Part shown: piece by piece, positions 18,530 to 27,272 of the stretch | How positions within the stretch are numbered: position 1 is the first letter of the stretch | How the letters are laid out: each line of letters starts with the position of its first letter | Source: a virus | Lineage: Duplodnaviria; Caudoviricetes | Reading direction: 5' to 3' (one strand) | DNA length: 30,898 nt | IMG/VR virus record: IMGVR_UViG_3300037631_004833 | Location: 1 to 30,898 of that record | Notes under the pieces: generated by a model | Told to the model about the DNA's origin: nothing | Database searches by the model: none | The model's input: the letters and a program-made list of their open reading frames with translations, nothing else | Position numbers and translations under genes: made by a program

Positions 18530-19204
18530 ATGGGATATTTAAATAATAGTACAATTACAGTAGATGCTATTCTAACCAAAAAAGGAAGAGAGCTATTAGC
18601 AGCTGGTAGTTCTGATTTCAATATCACACAGTTTGCATTAGGAGATGATGAAGTAGATTACGGATTATGGAATATTAATCATCCATTAGGATCAAGCTAT
18701 TATGGAATATTGATAGAAAACATGCCATTAGTGGAAGCAGTTCCAGATGAAAGTCAAGCATTAAAATATAAATTAGTTACATTACCAAAACAAATAACAA
18801 GAATTCCTGTTATAACTGTTGCAAATCCATCAATTACATTACAAGCTGCAGGAGACACTGCAGTTATAACGCCAAATACAAGTAATTTTGCGTCTGGTAA
18901 TTCTACATTTGGATATACAGCAATATTAGCAGATAGTACAATTGCTGATATTAGTGTTGTTCAGCCATTAGCTAATCCAGGAACGTTGCCAACTGTACCA
19001 ACTGCAATTGGAAATAATGCAGATGCACAAAGTATTGCAGTAGCAGGATTTGCATTTCAAATTACAGCTAAAAATCTTTTAGAAGATAAAACCACAACTG
19101 TAAATATTATTGCAAATGAAACAGGTGGTAGTACAACTGTTAATGTAACTGTTAATAAACAAACAGTAGCAGGTAACGTAGCACCTAGTAATATTAGTTT
19201 TTAA
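18530..19204 (+). CDS. Virion baseplate/tail-collar-like protein with Ig-like C-terminal part
   Basis: AILTKKGRELLA..ITQFALGD resembles the start of the P2 gpH tail-collar domain (DUF3751). Confidence 0.7.
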   Translation: MGYLNNSTITVDAILTKKGRELLAAGSSDFNITQFALGDDEVDYGLWNINHPLGSSYYGILIENMPLVEAVPDESQALKYKLVTLPKQITRIPVITVANPSITLQAAGDTAVITPNTSNFASGNSTFGYTAILADSTIADISVVQPLANPGTLPTVPTAIGNNADAQSIAVAGFAFQITAKNLLEDKTTTVNIIANETGGSTTVNVTVNKQTVAGNVAPSNISF

Positions 19205-19221
19205 AACATAGAGTTAAAAAA

Positions 19222-20361
19222 ATGAAAATAATTGAAAATTTAAAAAAATTACCAAATCAAAAACAAGATGGCACTTTACCTACAGTTAGCACATCTGGAG
19301 AAACATATTCTAGATTTAATGTATCTGAAGACGTTGTTTCACAACAAAAAGAGACAGTAACTGCAGGATTATGGAGTGGAGGTATTGGAACATTAACAAC
19401 ATTTTTTGCTTCAAATGTACAAACAGTATCACAAAAAAGACATTATGTTGATGTATTTAATGCAGCAACATCAGATGAAACAAGAGCAGTACAATTTGCA
19501 GTTGCATTTGGTCATGTCGACGGCAAAGGATCATCAAAATTAGGCACAGAAGAAAGTCCAGCATCAAAAGCAATTTATTCGCAATATAGACAATTATTAT
19601 TAAATAAAGATGCATCTAGATTTGTAACTGCAGGATCTGGTAGTACTGATTATATTTATGCTATTAATATTGAACGAGCAAGACAAAAGGAATCAATTGA
19701 TTTTGGTAATTGGGAAATTCCTTTACAAAATATAACAGCTCATTCACAAAATGCAACTGGAAGTGTAACTGTAGGATCTAATAGAATTACATTAATAGAT
19801 GACTCTTCAATAGTTCCAGGTGGTACCACAACTGAAGCAGGGGTTGTATATAATATTGTATCTGGTAGTATTGATAATGGAGTACATAACGCAACAAATC
19901 CTATCTATTATGGATTGTTTTATCCATCACATGGAGTAATGATATTAGATGGAAAAATGTTAGACCAACAGTTGGGATTTTCAACTAATTTAACCGATTC
20001 TAATGCTGTAGGAGCTGAAGGTAATAATCATTATTTATTATTTAATTCAATATCAGGATCTGCTGCAGCTGCTGGAGGAAATGTAGGATTTGAAGCAAGA
20101 AATGAACAAGAAATTACAAGTACACATTATTTTGTAAGAGTTAAAAATGGAAGTTTTAATTTTTCAAATAATCCTTCATATGTTACTGGTTCGGTTGGAG
20201 ACTTTAAAAACTCTTCATATGTTGGTAATCCTAAATCATATATTACTACAGTAGGAATGTATAACGATTCAAATGAATTATTAGCAGTAGCTAAATTAAG
20301 CAAACCATTATTAAAATCATTTTCGAGAGAAGCGTTAATACGTGTTAAATTAGATTATTAA
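19222..20361 (+). CDS. Virion structural protein with tail-collar-like C-terminus
   Basis: FNFSNNPS..YITTVGMYNDSNELLAVAKLSKPL.K....LIRVKLDY. Confidence 0.75.
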   Translation: MKIIENLKKLPNQKQDGTLPTVSTSGETYSRFNVSEDVVSQQKETVTAGLWSGGIGTLTTFFASNVQTVSQKRHYVDVFNAATSDETRAVQFAVAFGHVDGKGSSKLGTEESPASKAIYSQYRQLLLNKDASRFVTAGSGSTDYIYAINIERARQKESIDFGNWEIPLQNITAHSQNATGSVTVGSNRITLIDDSSIVPGGTTTEAGVVYNIVSGSIDNGVHNATNPIYYGLFYPSHGVMILDGKMLDQQLGFSTNLTDSNAVGAEGNNHYLLFNSISGSAAAAGGNVGFEARNEQEITSTHYFVRVKNGSFNFSNNPSYVTGSVGDFKNSSYVGNPKSYITTVGMYNDSNELLAVAKLSKPLLKSFSREALIRVKLDY

Positions 20362-20378
20362 TAATTATCATTGAATTT

Positions 20379-20417
20379 AAGCCCGTTATATTTATATTAA
20401 AGATATAACGGGTTTTT
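20379..20417 (+). terminator. Hairpin with U-tract (terminator-like or translation-sequestering) containing a late promoter box
   Basis: CCCGTTATAT (20382-20391) / ATATAACGGG (20403-20412) perfect 10-bp stem followed by TTTTT; ATATTTAT at 20388-20395. Confidence 0.7.
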
Positions 20418-20423
20418 ACTAGT

Positions 20424-22013
20424 ATGACGAATCAAACTTTAGATATAACAACATATTATGGCGCTCCACCAACGGTATTTAAAAAAATAGATCCTGTTAA
20501 TTATAAAGTAAATGAATTTGAAGCAAATAAAACTTTTTCTTTTACATCAGCTAGTGCTGAATTAAATAATTTTATTCCGTTATTAGGAATTTATCAAAGA
20601 ACATTGCCTAATGTCTCTGCTAGTGCAGCATTTACTGCTCCATTAAATTCAAATGGAACATATCAATTTCAAACATATTATTCAATTAATCATTTATTTT
20701 ACAAATATAAAAATGAACCTACAAAAACATTTGGACCTACTGATTTAAATAAAACTTCGAAATTTCTATATCAAAGTGCATCTGTTTTTAGTATACCGCA
20801 AATTAAATTTGGAGAAGGAATTAAACCAAATTCATTTATATATGTTTCTAGTTCTGGATTAACATTAAATTCAGATAAATATGGAAATATATTTGATACA
20901 AGCATTAATACTGGATCTTTTCCTTTACAAGAAACATTTTATGAAGGATTCAATGAATATTTTGATTTAACAAGAATTCCATATACATTATATAATAATT
21001 TAACATTTAATACAGGCGTAACTACTAGTAATGGACAACAGTTGCCAATTGGATTTTCTGCATTATTTACTGGATCTAGTTATATTGAAACAGAATTAAA
21101 TGGATATTATGACAAAGATCATAATTATGCATTATCATTTTATATAAAACCAAATGCATCACAATTTGATACTGGACAATTAATAATTGGAAAAACAAAT
21201 TCTTTATTAAATCAACAATATCCATTTAAAATAGAATTATCTGGATCTGGAAATATAAAATTTTCAACACAAGGATCTGAAACGTTAATTGCAGAAATTA
21301 CATCTTCAGCTATAAATACTAGTAACTGGAATCATGTTATATGTCAAAAATCAGGAAGTAATTTAGAAATATTTATTAATACAGTAAAAAATTCATCCGG
21401 AAGTTTTGATTTTATTACTACGCCTATTGATAGTTTAACAACATCGTCTGCATATATTAATAATGATAATAATTTATCAATTGGAGGATATCAAACAGAT
21501 AATATAGGCTCTAGCTATCTAAATGCATATTTAGATGAAATACGTGTATATAATAAATCATTATCGCAAGAACAAATTAACTCATTAGGAAATAGATCAG
21601 AATCAGCAAATCAAATATTACAAACGAATCGAATTGGTAATGTTTTTGATAAGTCTGGATTTTTTATTATTTCTAGTCCAAATTATCTTTATAAAGATTT
21701 AATTAATTCTGATTATACATTAACATATAAAAGTACTGTTAGACGGTTTGAACATTCTGTATTTTTAACAATTGATTCGGGAGATTTTAACGCAACATTA
21801 AATCCTACTACATTGTTAGATGACAATATTAATATGAAATCGTTTGCAACTGGGAGTGCATTTAATCCTTATATAACTACAATTGGTTTATATAATGATA
21901 AAGGACAATTATTAATGATTGGAAAAACAGGCTCTACTATAAAAAATAGAAATGATATTGATTTAAATTTTTCTTTGAAAATAGATTTAGATAAACCAAA
22001 AGTAAATTTATAG
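20424..22013 (+). CDS. Virion protein with LamG/concanavalin A-like domain, paralogous C-terminus to the upstream gene
   Basis: SFYIKP, WNHVI..KSG..L.IFIN, LSIGG, LDEIRVYNKSLS..QI; YITTIGLYNDKGQLLMIGK. Confidence 0.85.
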   Translation: MTNQTLDITTYYGAPPTVFKKIDPVNYKVNEFEANKTFSFTSASAELNNFIPLLGIYQRTLPNVSASAAFTAPLNSNGTYQFQTYYSINHLFYKYKNEPTKTFGPTDLNKTSKFLYQSASVFSIPQIKFGEGIKPNSFIYVSSSGLTLNSDKYGNIFDTSINTGSFPLQETFYEGFNEYFDLTRIPYTLYNNLTFNTGVTTSNGQQLPIGFSALFTGSSYIETELNGYYDKDHNYALSFYIKPNASQFDTGQLIIGKTNSLLNQQYPFKIELSGSGNIKFSTQGSETLIAEITSSAINTSNWNHVICQKSGSNLEIFINTVKNSSGSFDFITTPIDSLTTSSAYINNDNNLSIGGYQTDNIGSSYLNAYLDEIRVYNKSLSQEQINSLGNRSESANQILQTNRIGNVFDKSGFFIISSPNYLYKDLINSDYTLTYKSTVRRFEHSVFLTIDSGDFNATLNPTTLLDDNINMKSFATGSAFNPYITTIGLYNDKGQLLMIGKTGSTIKNRNDIDLNFSLKIDLDKPKVNL

Positions 22014-22559
22014 ATGATTAAATTAAAGAACATATTAAATGAAATATCAGAAGAAGAAGCTGATAGATTATTATCTAAAATAAAAAATAAAGAATTAACA
22101 TTTTTAGCTCAAGGTGATAACGGAAAAGTGTATTCTATTAATGGTGAAGATTTATTATTTAAAATAACAACAGAGCCAGAAGAAACAGCTGTAGCTGATG
22201 TTATAGTTGGACGTCCTAATGAATTTGATGCATTTATTCCTGTGCATTATTCAGACTCACAAAAAAATATGTATATAATGAGCCGAGCTTCAAATTTAAC
22301 AGATAATTTAAAATCTGAATTAAATCGTTATTATAATGATTATAAAGAATATGCTCAAAATCAAGGATTAGAAACAAGTATATTTAATTTTTTAAATACA
22401 GAAGCTTCAAGAAATTATTCTCCAAGAATTATTACATTTTTAAGAGCATTAGAACAACAAGTTAAAAAAACCGGAATTGGAGACTTAGAATTATCATTAG
22501 ATTTTAGACCTGAAAATATCATGTTATGGAATGGTAATTTAGTTATGATAGACTGGTAA
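22014..22559 (+). CDS. Minimal protein-kinase-like fold protein
   Basis: LAQGDNGKVY (Gly loop), LFKIT (catalytic Lys), EPEE (helix C), DFRPENIM (catalytic loop), MIDW* (DFG equivalent at the very end). Confidence 0.8.
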   Translation: MIKLKNILNEISEEEADRLLSKIKNKELTFLAQGDNGKVYSINGEDLLFKITTEPEETAVADVIVGRPNEFDAFIPVHYSDSQKNMYIMSRASNLTDNLKSELNRYYNDYKEYAQNQGLETSIFNFLNTEASRNYSPRIITFLRALEQQVKKTGIGDLELSLDFRPENIMLWNGNLVMIDW

Positions 22560-22568
22560 AGGAAAGTT

Positions 22569-23045
22569 ATGAAAAATCATTGGCACTCTAATAATAAGCA
22601 ACGACAAGCAGCATATAAATACGGATATAGATCTGGCTTAGAATTAAAAGTTGCAGATCAAATTAAAGAAGCAAAATATCCTGTTAATTATGAAACAGAA
22701 ACATTAAAATATATAGTTCCACAAAAGAACTCAAAATATACACCTGATTTTATTTTTACAAAAAAAGATGGAAAGACAATGTATATTGAAACTAAAGGTA
22801 GATGGACAAGTACTGATAGACAAAAAATGAAAAATATATTAGCTTCAAATCCTGATATAGATTTAAGAATAATATTTCAGAATCCAAATCAGAAGATATC
22901 AAAAGGTTCAAAAACAACGTATGAAGCATATGCTTTAAAACTAGGTATTAAACACGTTGCAAAAAAAGATATGCCAATTGAATGGTTAAGTGAATGTTGT
23001 AAAGAAGGAGAAACACCAGTTACAACAAAATTTTTTGCATTATAA
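22569..23045 (+). CDS. T7 endonuclease I (gp3)-like Holliday junction resolvase
   Basis: YRSGLE, YE...L.Y..P, YTPDF, IETKGRW...DRQK, DLRIIFQNP. Confidence 0.93.
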   Translation: MKNHWHSNNKQRQAAYKYGYRSGLELKVADQIKEAKYPVNYETETLKYIVPQKNSKYTPDFIFTKKDGKTMYIETKGRWTSTDRQKMKNILASNPDIDLRIIFQNPNQKISKGSKTTYEAYALKLGIKHVAKKDMPIEWLSECCKEGETPVTTKFFAL

Positions 23046-23074
23046 TTGGATCTTTGAAAAATATTCATTATTTT
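23046..23074 (+). promoter_or_regulatory. Possible sigma70-like promoter
   Basis: TTGGAT-N17-TATTTT, same layout as the 4623 and 23194 elements. Confidence 0.35.
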
Positions 23075-23098
23075 TTTAATGTAAGTTAATAAAAAGAT

Positions 23099-23175
23099 GA
23101 AATCGTTTAATGTAATATATATTGTTATGTATATTATTAAATGATGATTCGTTAGACCGATTAATTGTGTCTAAC
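23099..23175 (+). ncRNA. Candidate structured element (two tandem hairpins); small RNA or origin element
   Basis: 23102-23145 long stem with two G-U pairs and a 2-nt bulge; GTTAGAC/GTCTAAC stem 23151-23175. Confidence 0.35.
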
Positions 23176-23193
23176 ATATATAATACCAATACT

Positions 23194-23222
23194 TTTGATC
23201 TTTCAGTAAATTTTATTATAAT
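23194..23222 (+). promoter_or_regulatory. Putative sigma70-like promoter for the primase (near-leaderless mRNA)
   Basis: TTTGAT-N17-TATAAT ending 7 nt before ATG 23230. Confidence 0.55.
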
Positions 23223-23229
23223 AGATTAT

Positions 23230-24171
23230 ATGAAGAATCTTAAACTACTTCAATTGCTAGAATCTGTACTAGGTAAAGGCAAACAAACTTCTGGGACTAA
23301 TATTGCATTTTTCTCTCCGTTTACTTCACATTATAAACCTAAATTAGAAATTGATTTAAATACTACTAGTGAAGGACAAAATGCATGGCATTGTTGGATA
23401 TCTGATAAAAAAGGCCGATCGATTAGATCATTGTTTAAACAATTAAATTTACCAAAAGAAAAATTCGATAAACTTAATAGAATAATTGAAGTCTCAAAAT
23501 ATAGAGATACTAAAGAAACAAAAATTGAATATTCATTACAACTTCCCAACGAATATCAGCCGTTATGGATTGAAAAGAAAACACCAGATTATAGAAATGC
23601 AATTCATTATTTAAAAACTAGAGGCATTAATATTTTTGATATTATTAGATATAGAATCGGATATGCAGACTCTGGTCAATATTCTGGTAAAATTATTATA
23701 CCTAGTTATGATATAAATGGTCAATTAAATTATTTTGTATCACGAGCTTATTATAAAAGCGATCCACATAAACATAAAAATCCTCAAACATCGAAAGATA
23801 TAATTGGATTTGAAATGTTAATTAATTGGAATGAGCCAATTATATTGTGTGAAGGAGCTTTTGATGCGATTACAATAAAAAGAAATGCAATTCCATTATT
23901 TGGAAAAATTATACAACCAATATTACAAAAAAAGATTATAGAAGAACATGTTAAAGATATATACATATGTTTAGATTCAGATGCAATAAACAATGCAATA
24001 GAAATAGCAAAAAAATTCATGGCTGAAGGATTAAATGTATATTTTGTAGAATTATCAGATAAAGATCCAAATGAATTAGGATATAAAAAAATAACTGAAA
24101 AATTAGAAGACACATATCAATTCTCATTTGAAAGAATGATGGAGTTAAAAATAGACTCATTATGGAAATAA
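23230..24171 (+). CDS. DNA primase (DnaG/gp61-like, TOPRIM)
   Basis: YLKTRGI, IIIPSYD..G.L.YF..R, ILCEGAFDA, ICLDSDA, KDPNE; ATG 23230 preferred over TTG 23122. Confidence 0.93.
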   Translation: MKNLKLLQLLESVLGKGKQTSGTNIAFFSPFTSHYKPKLEIDLNTTSEGQNAWHCWISDKKGRSIRSLFKQLNLPKEKFDKLNRIIEVSKYRDTKETKIEYSLQLPNEYQPLWIEKKTPDYRNAIHYLKTRGINIFDIIRYRIGYADSGQYSGKIIIPSYDINGQLNYFVSRAYYKSDPHKHKNPQTSKDIIGFEMLINWNEPIILCEGAFDAITIKRNAIPLFGKIIQPILQKKIIEEHVKDIYICLDSDAINNAIEIAKKFMAEGLNVYFVELSDKDPNELGYKKITEKLEDTYQFSFERMMELKIDSLWK

Positions 24172-27100
24172 AAAAATTAAAAACAAATATAACGTCAATT
24201 GATAAAATATTTCACGTTTCAGATATTCATATACGCACATTAAAGAGACATAAAGAATATCAAGAAGTGTTTGATACATTATTTTTACATGTTGCACAAC
24301 ATGCAACCAATCAAAGTATTTGTGTTATAACTGGTGATATTGTACATTCCAAATTAGATATGTCTCCTGAATTAATTAATATGTTAACTAAATTTTTTAA
24401 TGGATTTCATATTCCTACTATTGTTATATTAGGAAATCATGATATGAATTTAAATAATTTATATAGATTAGATGCAATATCACCAATACTAGATGTTATT
24501 GATAATCCAAATATACATTTTATAAAAGAAAATGGATTATTTAAATTTGCAAATGTTGTATTTAATCATATGGCCGTCGACGTAGCTCCAAAAGATTATA
24601 TTCGAGCTAAAGATTTCAATGCTCATTATAAAATAGCATTACATCATGGAGCTGTACATAATGCAAAAACAGATATTGGATTTCAAATATCAAACGATCA
24701 TGTTACAACAGATTTATTTGAAGGACACGATTTAACACTATTAGGCGATATACATAAGCCAGCTCAATTTTTAAACAAAGAAAAAACAATTGGATATCCT
24801 GGGTCATTAATACAACAAAATCACGGAGAAGCACTTGATCATGGTATATTAGTTTGGGATTTGCCTGATCGTACATCTGAATTCATAGAAATAGAAAATA
24901 ATTATGGATATGTTACATTTGAAGTTGATAATGCAAAAATTATTAATTCACCATATCGAGTTCCAAAAAAACCAAGAGTTAGAATTAAATTTAATAATAC
25001 AGATGCATCTGATATTAAAAAACTAATTGCAACAATCAGAAAAAAATATAAAGTTCAAGATATATCTATACAACGTAGTGCAAATCATATTGAAAATAAT
25101 CAAAATGGATCAATTGCAATTGGAAACGTTAGAGATGTAGAACATCAGAATAATTTAATAACACAATTTATTGAAGAAAATTATCCTGATGCAGATAAAA
25201 AAGAATTAGATGCAATTAGACATATTAATAGAACAATCAATTCTAAATTACCTGTTTTAGAATCTGTAAGAAATGTAACATGGTATCCGGTTTCATTTGA
25301 ATTTGATAATATGTTTTCTTATGGAGAAAAAAATAAAGTAGATTTTTCAAAACTATCAGACGTTATAGGATTATTTGCAGCAAACGCATCCGGTAAATCT
25401 TCTTTGTTAGATGCAATAACATATACAATATTTGATAAATGTAGTAAAACAAGTAAATCAAAAGAAGTATTAAATAATAAAAAATCTGGATTCAAAGGTA
25501 TATTTAAATTCAAATTAAATGATAAATTATATACTATTGAAAGAGAAGGTATAACGTTAAAACATGGTCATGTTAAAGTTAATGTAAATTTTTATAATGA
25601 AGATCAAAATTTAAACGGTGAAGAACGAAGTGATACAAATAAAAGTATTAGAAGATATTTAGGAACATATGATGACTTTATTTTAACTGCATTTTCTTTA
25701 CAAGCAGATAATAATAATTTTATAGAAAAGTCACAAAGAGAACGAAAAGATTTATTATCGCAGTTTCTTGACACAACAGTTTTTGAACAATTATATCATT
25801 TAGCTGCCGAAGAAATTAAAGAAACATCTGGTAAACTAAAAGAATATAAGAAAACTGATTTTGGCTTAATAATAAAAGATTCAGATGATATAATTTTAAA
25901 AAATCAAGATAAAATTATTGAATTAGAAAAAGGAGATACCGACTTACAAGAATCAAGAAATAATTTACAAAATGAAATAGTAGAATTAATTGAATCAAAA
26001 CAACCAATATCATATGAAGGGCCTTCTATTAATAAATTACAACAAGAAGAAACAGTTTTAATACAGAATATTGAAAATATAGACGTTAAAATTAGTTCAT
26101 TAGAAACAAAAATTAATGATACTAAATCTAATATATCTTCATATCAAACAACTATAGATTCAAAACAATTTAAAAAAATATCAGATGAATTATCAGATAT
26201 TATCAAGAAAAAAGATATATTATCAAACGAAATAAGTACATTAACAAGTTTAATATCTTCACAAAAAAAGAAAATAGATCATTTAAAGACTCATGAATAT
26301 GATCATACATGTAAGTATTGTATTGAAAATATATTTGTAAAAGATGCATTAGAAGCAGAAAGATTACTTCCAGGGAACGAATTACATTTAAAAACAAAAC
26401 ATGGAGCATCTGAATTCTTTCAACAACGAATTGACAAATTAAATTCTTTAATTCATGAATATCAAGAAAAAATAAATTTAAAAAATTCAATTGAGAAACA
26501 AGAATTACAATTACAAATTTTTGAGAGTGATATGCAAACAAAAGAATCTGAATTAGAAACAAATGCTGAAAGACAAGAATTATTTCGTAAAAATGAATCT
26601 GCTATTATATTTAATGAATCTATAAATAAAAAAATTGATTCTAAAAAGAAACATATATCAGAAACTACCGAATTAATAAAGAATATAACTAATAAAATTA
26701 AATCTAATCATGGTGAAATTGAAGTTGCTAAAACAAAAAAGAAAACAGCTTTAGAACAATTAGAAATATACAAACAATTAGAAACAGAATATAAAGCATA
26801 TGAATATTATTTACAATCTGTTAAGCGTGATGGTGTTCCTTATGAATTAATTAAAAAAGCATTGCCAAAAATTGAAACTGAAATAAACAATGTTTTAAAT
26901 CAAGTAGTTGATTTTAATATGGTATTAAATACAGATGGTAAAAACATTAATGGATATATTATTTATGATGAAGATAATTTTTGGCCATTAGAATTAACTT
27001 CTGGAATGGAAAGATTTATATCATCATTAGCAATTCGAGTAGCATTAATTAATGTTTCAGCATTACCTAGACCTAATTTTATAGCAATAGACGAAGGATG

Positions 27101-27272
27101 GGGTAGTTTAGATCGAGAACATATTTCTGCAGTAACAAATTTATTTGAATATTTTAGAACAAAATTTGATTTTTCAATTATTATATCTCATGTTGAATCA
27201 ATGAGAGATATGGTAGATAATTTAATTGAAGTTAATAAGATAGAAAATTTCAGTCATATTCAACATGTTTGA
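24162..27272 (+). CDS. Fused Mre11/SbcD nuclease - Rad50/SbcC ATPase (T4 gp47+gp46-like)
   Basis: SDIH, GDIVH, GNHD, HHG, GDIH phosphoesterase motifs; NASGKSS Walker A, CKYC hook within a coiled coil, TSGMERF signature, IAIDEGWGSLD Walker B/D-loop, IISH. Confidence 0.95.
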   Translation: MEIKKLKTNITSIDKIFHVSDIHIRTLKRHKEYQEVFDTLFLHVAQHATNQSICVITGDIVHSKLDMSPELINMLTKFFNGFHIPTIVILGNHDMNLNNLYRLDAISPILDVIDNPNIHFIKENGLFKFANVVFNHMAVDVAPKDYIRAKDFNAHYKIALHHGAVHNAKTDIGFQISNDHVTTDLFEGHDLTLLGDIHKPAQFLNKEKTIGYPGSLIQQNHGEALDHGILVWDLPDRTSEFIEIENNYGYVTFEVDNAKIINSPYRVPKKPRVRIKFNNTDASDIKKLIATIRKKYKVQDISIQRSANHIENNQNGSIAIGNVRDVEHQNNLITQFIEENYPDADKKELDAIRHINRTINSKLPVLESVRNVTWYPVSFEFDNMFSYGEKNKVDFSKLSDVIGLFAANASGKSSLLDAITYTIFDKCSKTSKSKEVLNNKKSGFKGIFKFKLNDKLYTIEREGITLKHGHVKVNVNFYNEDQNLNGEERSDTNKSIRRYLGTYDDFILTAFSLQADNNNFIEKSQRERKDLLSQFLDTTVFEQLYHLAAEEIKETSGKLKEYKKTDFGLIIKDSDDIILKNQDKIIELEKGDTDLQESRNNLQNEIVELIESKQPISYEGPSINKLQQEETVLIQNIENIDVKISSLETKINDTKSNISSYQTTIDSKQFKKISDELSDIIKKKDILSNEISTLTSLISSQKKKIDHLKTHEYDHTCKYCIENIFVKDALEAERLLPGNELHLKTKHGASEFFQQRIDKLNSLIHEYQEKINLKNSIEKQELQLQIFESDMQTKESELETNAERQELFRKNESAIIFNESINKKIDSKKKHISETTELIKNITNKIKSNHGEIEVAKTKKKTALEQLEIYKQLETEYKAYEYYLQSVKRDGVPYELIKKALPKIETEINNVLNQVVDFNMVLNTDGKNINGYIIYDEDNFWPLELTSGMERFISSLAIRVALINVSALPRPNFIAIDEGWGSLDREHISAVTNLFEYFRTKFDFSIIISHVESMRDMVDNLIEVNKIENFSHIQHV

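Noticed and set aside
23122-23229. TTG-started N-terminal extension of the primase
   Set aside because: Overlaps hairpins and a promoter-like element and has atypical composition
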